From: Octopus sinensis | Lineage: Eukaryota | Direction: 5' to 3' | Length of the DNA stretch: 64,000 nucleotides | Assembly: GCF_006345805.1 (NCBI RefSeq) | Contig: NC_043005.1 | Span: 47,802,001 to 47,866,000 of the forward strand | Shown: positions 54,901 to 64,000 of the stretch, piece by piece | How the letters are laid out: every line of letters begins with the position of its first letter | Position numbering within the stretch: the first letter of the stretch is position 1 | The notes under the pieces: generated by a model | Seen by the model: the letters and a program-made list of their open reading frames with translations, nothing else | Databases searched by the model: none | What the model was told of the DNA's origin: nothing | Position numbers and translations under genes: made by a program

Positions 54901-55680
54901 TTCTGGAGTCAGTGTTTCTGCAGTTGGATGTGTTATTCATTCCTGATCACTGAATTCTGAAATATTGATCATGTATATCTACACCAAATGTACAAACAAA
55001 TGAAAGTTTTATTAACACACCTTATCTAGTAGCAAAATAATAATGATTGTCAAGTCAATATAGCAGTCTCTATGTGGTCATTGAAATTGCTAACAATAGC
55101 CACTAATCTTCTTTTAAATCTAAGAAAAATCTTAAGAAAAATAATGAGATAGCTAAGACTATAGTAGACAATGTTGTCCTAGACTTATGATATCCAAAAA
55201 AATGGAATAGGTGTAGTTGGAATATTTCAGAACATGAATATTTTCTGTAAAAGCTGACATGGAATTTAATAAAACCCATACATTGTGACAAGGTTTTAAT
55301 TTATGAATATACATAGGAAATTCAGTAGTTTAACCTCACAAGATTTGATTTACTTTTTACTTCCTGGGACAGTACCACATAGGACTGCATTGATCAGCTA
55401 GCCCTGAAACGTACAATATCACACAAATCATACTAACCTTGTTTACATTTATTTTTGAAGGAAGAGCGGAACTCTTTTATGTGAGAGAGAAAATTCTAAT
55501 TCCTTCCTCTATTGTTCATTTCTGCTCTGGATGTTTGACTTAGGCAAGTTTCTGAAAGACAGACAAAGGTGAATGACCCAAAATAGAAATTAAATTGGGG
55601 ATTGTAATAAGAAAACAATAAAAACTAAAAGCAGTATACATGTGTAGCAGGAATATAAGCAATCAAACCCAGACATACAA

Positions 55681-55714
<34 letters not shown>

Positions 55715-55775
55715 ACACACACACGCACACACACACACGCACACACACAGACACACACATACATATATATATATA

Positions 55776-55813
<38 letters not shown>

Positions 55814-55902
55814 TATTAATTAGAGACAAAACCACTATTTTGCAAAACAAACAAGGAAAGACTAATCAATACATAAAATTTTAATAAAAAGTAAAATAAA
55901 CG

Positions 55903-55943
55903 CAACTACAATTGTTTCATGTCTAATGACAATCTTCAGGTGG
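55903..55943 (-). ncRNA. Minimal type-I hammerhead motif
   Basis: CCAC-CTGAAGA-TTGTCATTAGACAT-GAAA-CAATT-GTA-GTTG; one stem I mismatch. Confidence 0.65.
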
Positions 55944-56002
55944 ATTTCCGATTTTCAAATCAGTTTCAATTAATAAATTGAAACTCATTTGAAATCGGAA
56001 AT

Positions 56003-56043
56003 CCACCTGAAGATTGACATTAGACATGAAACAATTGTAGTTG
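56003..56043 (+). ncRNA. Minimal type-I hammerhead motif
   Basis: CCAC-CTGAAGA-TTGACATTAGACAT-GAAA-CAATT-GTA-GTTG; mismatches in stems I and II. Confidence 0.6.
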
Positions 56044-56220
56044 CGGTTTTTTTACTTTTTATTAAAATTTTATGTATTGATTAAGTCTTTCCTTGTTTGT
56101 TTTGCAAAATAGTGGTTTTGTCTCTAATTAATATTATATAATATTTTACTATAAAATTGGATTTAATCCTAAATCTGATTTTTTCCCTGTAAATTTGGAT
56201 TATTCCCTAATATTTATTAT

Positions 56221-56252
<32 letters not shown>

Positions 56253-56366
56253 GAATATATATATATATATATAAAATATTATTAGAGACAAAACCACTAT
56301 TTTGCAAAACAAACAAGGAAGACTTAATCAATACATAAAATTTTAATAAATAGTCAAAAAAAACCG

Positions 56367-56409
56367 CCACTACAATTGTTTCTTGTCTTGATCGACAATC
56401 TTCAGGTGG
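56367..56409 (-). ncRNA. Minimal type-I hammerhead ribozyme with complete core and stems
   Basis: CCAC-CTGAAGA-TTGTC(GATCAA)GACAA-GAAA-CAATT-GTA-GTGG. Confidence 0.8.
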
Positions 56410-59400
56410 ACTTCCAATCTAAAAAATCAATATTTTAAAATATAAAAATAATAATTTTAAAATAATTAAAGTATTAATGAAAAATATAAAATATATAATC
56501 CATATATAACCTATATATAATCCATATATAATCAATATATAAACAATATATAAACTAAAATAAACCTATCAACAATTAAATATAAAATATAAAATATAAA
56601 AATAAAAATATAAAACAAAACAAAAAAAATAATAATAATATAATAATAAACTATATATACACCCATACACATATAACTAATTATATATAACCATATCTAA
56701 CTACATACACTAAATCACACACCTATATATATATCCCTATACATACACATAAAAACGTCTAGGCAACTATAAATAAATAAAATAGCTAAATACTTCAACA
56801 CAATACTTATTCATACTCCCACACACACACATACAACCCACAATCTTGCTCTAGAAACGGACATCACTTAAAATTATGAACGGAGAAATGGAATAAATGG
56901 AATTAAAAATTATATTCACTTGGTAAAACGAACACTACTTAAAAATTGTGAATGAAACAATGCAATAAAACAACAGACATCGCAAATAGACACAAATTAC
57001 TACGAATTCCTTAACAAACCTACCATGATAAACCAAACCTCATAAATACATATAATGATAAAATCTCCCTTTACTAAACTCTATAACATACCTATATAGC
57101 AATCCCCCTACCTAAACATTCACACACAAATACACACACGTAAACCACACACCCACGACATATACAAATACCCACCCCACTTACACATACCTATACATAC
57201 ATATAAACCTCAACATATACTCCAAAAACCCACCCAACCCCACACAGACAAATAAACACATACATCCCCAAACCTAAATAGCAAACCCATAAACACATTC
57301 ACACACAAATATACATACGTAAAACACACACCATATACATATACATACTCACCAAACTCGACATATACAACATATTAACACACCCACATTCATACAGATA
57401 AACAAACTACACAACCAAAATACGCACACACTCACACACATACATAAACACTCCAAACAAAAACAACATTATTACACATAATACGATATATAAAATACAT
57501 CGTAAGTAACCAGAATATCAAAAATAATAATATGACATAAGGAGAAATAATATACATACTTTCACAAAAACTCACTCCCTCCCCACACAGACAAATTAAC
57601 ACATACATCCCCAAACCTATATAACAAACCCATATACACATTCACACACAAACACACACACACGCAAAACACACACACACAACAGATACATATACTCCCT
57701 CACATATACGCATATACATACTCACTAAACTCGATATATACAACAATATTTACACACCCGCACTCATACAGATAAATAAATTATACAACTAAAAACTCAC
57801 ACACAATCTCATATACATAAACACTCCAATGAAAAACAACATTAAATACATCGTAATTAACCAGAATATCAAAAATAACAATATGACATAAGGAGAAATA
57901 AAATACATACTTACAAGTCAGTTTCAAATTATGAAGTGAAATTAAATTCTAAGCCGTTAAAAAAATCAAACCAAAATTGTGGCAAACCAACACTACTTAA
58001 AAAAATTTATTATGAATGGATTCTTTAATAAAACTACCATGATAAATTATTATATACATTTATGAGCTTTAGCTCATCTTGGCAGCTCTAACAAACAATT
58101 TGCAGTAACCCAAGTCTATTCTCGATGCCTGCCATTCTACTACACTATTCCATTCCCAATTCTAAGCAACGCTAGCCCACCACCCGGTTACTATTCCCAA
58201 CTCCACCCATTCATTCACAATTTAAACGACGTTCGCCTCCACAGCGCTACGTATTATCCTCAATAAATACACCGGTGATTCACTTTCACATCCGTGCGGA
58301 TGGGTGAGAGTATACATTGAGTGTAGTGATGGGGCTCCCTTAACTATACACATTTGTACCTGTGTGGTAAAATTCACGCACGGGTATAAATGCGGGGGGT
58401 ACACGCGCACGGCATATGCGTGTACCCCCTCACATGTACATGTGCATGCTAGTTGGGCTCGATATGTACAACGGTGTAATCGCGCCCGCATACATGCAGA
58501 TGGGCGAATTGCACAATCAAAATACGCACACGTGTGTGTGTGCGTTCCTTGGTTGTGCAGTTCACCCATCTGGGTGTGAATGGGTGTAAGCGTATTGCTG
58601 TGGATGTCGAGCTTAATACGTATGTATATGAGTGTGTATTGGGGGGTTGTACGTATTTGTTGTGTGCTTCACGCACGTGCGTCCGTGTATGGATGAATAT
58701 ATGGGGATTGCTATGTGGGTGTAAATTGGGTATGGAGGGGGGAGTTTTGTCATTGTATGGGTGTGGGTTTCATTTGTGATGGTGGTTTGTTGGTGATTTT
58801 TGGTATGTTCTGTATATTTGGGTTAGTTATGTATTATTCTTGTGTGTATAATTGTATACATATATGATTGGTGTGAGTGGGATTGCACCCATTTTTGGGG
58901 ATGTATGTGTTTATTTGTCCGTGTGGGGCGGGAGTGGCCGTTTGGTGTATATGTTGAGGCTCACATGCAATTCCAGGTACGCGCGAATGAAGTGGGCACT
59001 TATATTTGTTATGGGTGTGTGTACTTTATTATAACAGACAATACCCAAATAAAATCTGTCAATTCAACATACCAAATAAAAAACAAAGGGATCGTAAACA
59101 TTCACACATACATACAAAACTCAATAAATACACCACTAAATAACACCCAACAACATATAAATATATCCTCCAAAATACATATAACAATGGTTTATCATGG
59201 TTTTTTTAGGGAATTCGTGGTAATTTGTCTATTTTCGATGTTTGTTGTTTTATTACATTGTTTCATTCATAATTTTTGAGTGGTGTTCGTTTTGCCACGT
59301 GAATATTATTTTTAATTCCATTTATTCCATTTCTCCATTCATAATTTTAAAAGATGTTCGTTTACAGAGCGGTAATACTTTTTATACATATGTTAAGTTC

Positions 59401-62326
59401 CTTGGTAACGTAATTTTGTTTGGTGTATATGTTGAGGCTTATATGTACTTGTGGGTGTGTGTGAGTGGGGTGGGTGTTTGTATTTGTTATGGGTGTGTGG
59501 TTTACGTGTGTGTATTTGTGTGTGAATGTATAGGTTAAAGGGATTGCTATATAAGTATGTTGAATGGGTGGAGTTGGGAATTGTAACCGGGTGGTGGGCT
59601 AGCGTTGCTTAGAATTGGGAATGGAATAGTGTAGTGAATGGCAGGCATCGAGAATAGACTTGGGTTACTGCAAATTGTTTGTTAGAGCTGCCAAGATGAG
59701 CTAAAGCTCATAAATGTATATAATAATTTATCATGGTAGTTTTATTAAAGAATCCATTCATAATAAATTTTTTTAAGTAGTGTTGGTTTGCCACGTGGAT
59801 ATAGTTTTTAGTTCCATTTATTCTATTTCTCCATTCATAATTTAAATGACGTTTACTTTCCATGGCGCGTATTCTTTTTATACATAAGTTATATTTCTAT
59901 GGTAACGTAATTTTGGTTTGATTTTTTTAACGGCTTAGAATTTAATTTCACTTCATAATTTGAAACTGACTTGTAAGTATGTATTTTATTTCTCCTTATG
60001 TCATATTGTTATTTTTGATATTCTGGTTAATTACGATATATTAATGTTGTTTTCATTGGAGTGTTTATGTATATGAGATTGTGTGAGAGTTTTTAGTTGT
60101 ATAATTTATTTATCTGTATGAGTGTGGTGTGTAAATATTGTTGTATATATCGAGTTTAGTGAGTATGTATATGCGTATATGTGAGGGAGTATATGTATCT
60201 GTTGTGTGTATGTGTTTTGCGTGTGTGTGTGTTGTGTGTGAATGTGTATATGGGTTGTTATATAGGTTTGGGGATGTATGTGTTAATTTGTCTGTATGGG
60301 GAGGGAGTGGGTTTTTGGTGTATATTGAGGTTTATAAGTTAGTATAGGTATGTGTGAGTGAGGTGGGTATTTGTATAAGTCGTGGGTCTGTGGTTTACGT
60401 GTGTGTATTTGTGTGTGAATGTTTAGGTTAGGGGGATTGCTATATAGGTTTGTTATAGAGATTAGCAAAGGGTGATTTTATCGTTATATGTTTTTAGGAG
60501 TTTTGGTTTATCATGTTTTTTTTAGGGAATTCGTGGTAATTTGTCTATTTTCGATGTTTGTTGTTTTATTACATTGTTTCATTCATAATTTTTGAGTGGT
60601 GTTCGTTTTGCCACGTGAATATTATTTTTAATTCCATTTATTCCATTTCTCCATTCATAATTTTAGAAGATGTTCGTATACAGAGCGGTAATACTTTTTA
60701 TACATATGTTAAGTTCCTTGGTAACGTAAGTTTTGTTTGGTGTATATGTTGAGGCTTATATGTACTTGTGGTGTTGTGTGAGTGGGGTGGGTGTTTGTTT
60801 GTTTTGTTATGGGTGTGTGGTTTACGTGTGTGTATTTGTGTGTGAATGTATAGGTTAAAGGGATTGCTATATAAGTATGTTATGGTGTTTAGTAAAGGGA
60901 GGTTTTATCATTTATGTTTTTGTGAGTTTTAGTTTATCATGGTAGTTTTATAAAAGAATCCATTCATAATTTTTTTAAAATAATGTTGGTTTACCGCGTG
61001 TATATAATTTTTAATTCCATTTATTCTATTTCTCCATTCATAATTTTAAGTGAGGTTTGCTTCCATAGAGCGTATTCTTTTTTTTATACATAAGTTATGT
61101 TCCTATGGTAACGTAATTTGGTTTGATGTTTTTAACGGATTAGAATTTAATTTCACTTCATAATTTGAAACTGACTTGAAAGTATGTATATTATTTCTCC
61201 TTATGTCATATTATTATTTTTGATATTCTGGTTACTTACGATGTATTTTATATATCGTATTATGTGTAATAATGTTGTTTTTGTTTGGAGTGTTTATGTA
61301 TGTGTGTGAGTGTGTGCGTATTTTGGTTGTGTAGTTTGTTTATCTGTATGAATGTGGGTGTGTTAATATGTTGTATATGTCGAGTTTGGTGAGTATGTAT
61401 ATGTGTATATGGTGTGTGTTTTACGTATGTATATTTGTGTGTGAATGTGTTTATGGGTTGCTATTTAGGTTGGGGATGTATGTGTTTATTTGTCTGTGTG
61501 GGGTTGGGTGGGTTTTTGGAGAATATGTTGAGGTTTATATGTATGTATAGGTATGTGTAAGTGGGGTGGGTATTTGTATATGTCGTGGGTGTGTGGTTTA
61601 CGTGTGTGTATTTGTGTGTGAATGTTTAGGTAGGGGGATTGCTATATAGGTATGTTATAGAGTTTAGTAAAGGGAGATTTTATCATTATATGTTTTTATG
61701 AGTTTTGGTTTATCATGGTAGGTTTGTTAAGGAATTCGTAGTAATTTGTGTCTATTTGCGATGTCTGTTGTTTTATTGCATTGTTTCATTCATAATTTTT
61801 AAGTAGTGTTCGTTTTACCAAGTGAATATAATTTTTAATTCCATTTATTCCATTTCTCCGTTCATAATTTTAAGTGATGTCCGTTTCTAGAGCAAGATTG
61901 TGGGTTGTATGTGTGTGTGTGGGAGTATGAATAAGTATTGTGTTGAAGTATTTAGCTATTTTTTTATTTATAGTTGCCTAGACGTTTTTATGTGTATGTA
62001 TAGGGATATATATATAGGTGTGTGATTTAGTGTATGTAGTTAGATATGGTTATATATAATTAGTTATATGTGTATGGGTGTATATATATAGTTTATTATT
62101 ATATTATTATATTTTTTTGTTTGTTTTATATTTTATATTTTATATTTTATATTTTATATTTAATTGTTGATAGGTTTATTTTAGTTTATATATTGTTTAT
62201 ATATTGATTATATATGGATTATATATAGGTTATATATGGATTATATATTATATTTTCATTAATACTTTAATTATTTTAAAATTATTATTTTTATATTTTA
62301 AAATATTGATTTTTTAGATTGGAAGT

Positions 62327-62369
62327 CCACCTGAAGATTGTCGATCAAGACAAAAAACAATTGTAGTGG
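62327..62369 (+). ncRNA. Hammerhead motif with G12 replaced by A, probably inactive
   Basis: CCAC-CTGAAGA-TTGTC(GATCAA)GACAA-AAAA-CAATT-GTA-GTGG. Confidence 0.6.
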
Positions 62370-62554
62370 CGGTTTTTTTGACTATTTATTAAAATTTTAT
62401 GTATTGATTAAGTCTTTCCTTGTTGTTTGTTTTGCAAAATAGTGGTTTTGTCTCTAATAATATTTTATAATATTTTACTATAAAATTGGATTTAATCCTA
62501 AATCTGATTTTTTTTCCCTGTAAATTTGGATTTATTCCCTAATATTTAATATAT

Positions 62555-62617
<63 letters not shown>

Positions 62618-62775
62618 GATGAACTTCTTTCAGTTTCCATCTACCAGATCCACTCACAAGGCTTTGGTTGGCCTGAGGCTATAGTAGAAGACACTTGCCC
62701 AAGGTACCATGCAACGGGACTGAACCTGGAATCATGTAGCTGGGAAGAAAGCTTCTTACCACACAACTACGCCTG
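62618..62775 (-). mobile_element. SINE family A head half
   Basis: CTTCTTTCAGTTTCC...CTTACCACACA. Confidence 0.8.
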
Positions 62776-62994
62776 TGGCTGATTACTTCTTCAGGTTTTG
62801 TTTACCTTTTATAACTTATGATTAACCTTTCAGCATTCAGATTACTCCTTCATATATAATGCTTATTTATTCATATTGTCTTGAAGGCAAGTATCTTCTG
62901 CTATAGCCTCAGGCCAACCAAAACCTTATGAGTGGATTTGGTAGATGGAAACTGAAAGAAGCCCAGTTCTGTATTTAAGAGATGCTGAAATATG

Positions 62995-63135
62995 TACATT
63001 ATTTACATTATTTACATTCGACGGCTATTTGTCCTCATCCTGTTTGTTGTTAACACAACGTTTCAGCTGATATACCCTCCAGCCTTCTTCAGGTGTCTCG
63101 GGGAAATTTTGAACCTGGGTTCTCATTCAATGCTG

Positions 63136-63203
<68 letters not shown>

Positions 63204-63283
63204 GTTCAGGTCACTGCTTGGAATCGAACTTGGAATCTTGGGAGTTAGTAGCCCGCACTCTTAACCACTATGCCATATGCCCG
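62995..63283 (-). mobile_element. tRNA(Arg)-like-headed SINE with (AAT)n spacer and a 3' hammerhead
   Basis: A box TGGCATAGTGG at 63275-63265, B box GTTCGATTCC at 63229-63220, (AAT)n ~63143-63203, HHR 63053-63096, (AATGTAAAT)n end. Confidence 0.75.
63053..63096 (-). ncRNA. Minimal type-I hammerhead motif
   Basis: ACAC-CTGAAGA-A-GGCTG(GAGGGTATAT)CAGCT-GAAA-C-GTT-GTGT. Confidence 0.75.
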
Positions 63284-63539
63284 GTAGAATAAGTACAAGG
63301 CATGAGAAATAAGTCATGAGATCAATTTGTTTGACTAAAACCCTTCAAGGTAGTGCTCCAGCATAGCCAAGGAGAAAGAATTTGATAAGTATGGAGAATA
63401 AGTAAGGCTGGAATATCTTTGATCAGGTCATAAATCTACTCAATCAAAGATGACTTGAGTTTAAGCAACAATAACGACAACAAAATTTAAGAAGCCGTGA
63501 TGATAGTCACAGCAGTATAAGAGATGCAATCATGTCATC

Positions 63540-63960
63540 CTTTTATCTCTTATTGTTTACTGGTTTCAGTCATTGGGCTGTGGCCATGTTGGGGCATTAT
63601 CTTGAAGAGTTTTTTTTTTAGTAGATGGAAACTGAAAGAAGCCCAGTTCTGTATTTAAGAGATGCTGAAATATGTACATTATTTACATTATTTACATTCG
63701 ACGGCTATTTGTCCTCATCCTGTTTGTTGTTAACACAACGTTTCAGCTGATATACCCTCCAGCCTTCTTCAGGTGTCTTGGGGAAATTTCGAACCTGGGT
63801 TCTCTTTTTTTTTCCAGCCTGGTACTTATTCTTTCAGACTCTTTTGCTGAACTGCTAAGTCGTGAGGGATGTAAACACACCAACACCAGTCATCAAGTGG
63901 TGGTGGGAGACAAACACAGACACAAAGACATACACATATATATATATATATGTATATACA
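63540..63960 (-). mobile_element. SINE A tail half interrupted by the 63621-63804 duplication
   Basis: SINE A sequence before (CAGTCATTGGGCTGTGGCCATG) and after (AGCCTGGTACTTATT) the insert. Confidence 0.7.
63733..63776 (-). ncRNA. Identical hammerhead motif inside a duplicated segment
   Basis: Copy of 63053-63096 at offset 680. Confidence 0.72.
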
Positions 63961-64000
63961 ACAGACCACTTACACTTTCCCTCTGCCAAATTCACTCAGA

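Larger units (their letters stand above)
55813..56217. mobile_element. Head-to-head palindrome of an HHR-bearing pLTR-like repeat
   Basis: Arms ~55813-55970 and ~55976-56134. The plus copy continues to 56217. Confidence 0.8.
56272..62467. repeat. ~6.2-kb nested inverted-repeat (foldback) structure with strand-asymmetric composition
   Basis: 56272-57564 mirrors 61177-62467; 57565-57978 mirrors 59909-60317; 57979-58213 mirrors 59561-59794. Confidence 0.88.

Noticed and set aside
56420-62320. Possible NUMT or mitochondrial control region because of the strand skew
   Set aside because: No recognisable mitochondrial gene, tRNA or rRNA; BLAST against mtDNA would settle it.
63205-63283. tRNA gene
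   Set aside because: Acceptor and anticodon stems do not pair properly; it is a SINE head. The same applies to 22805-22880 and the other SINE heads.

Overview
AT-rich, repeat-saturated eukaryotic non-coding DNA (intronic or intergenic). The SINE families and microsatellite load look like an octopus (coleoid cephalopod) genome; this is recognition from memory, not a database result. No intact protein-coding gene is supported. Almost all ORF-track entries are microsatellite or SINE translations. Real coding signal is limited to decayed transposon fragments: a maT/DD37D-like transposase, a mariner with TIRs, RTE 3' ends and R4/Dong-type RLE remnants. The window holds dozens of tRNA-derived SINEs of at least four families, MITEs nested with clean TSDs, Helitron/Helentron-like pieces and one 100-N gap. 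The most notable signals are at least eight minimal type-I hammerhead ribozyme (HHR) motifs in three repeat families. One family is a tRNA-headed SINE with an HHR in its 3' part (62995-63283). Another supplies four HHR copies in alternating orientation around a ~6.2-kb nested inverted-repeat structure (56272-62467), which may be real Penelope-type rearrangement or a long-read assembly artefact. Coordinates of repeat edges are approximate unless a TSD or TIR is quoted.
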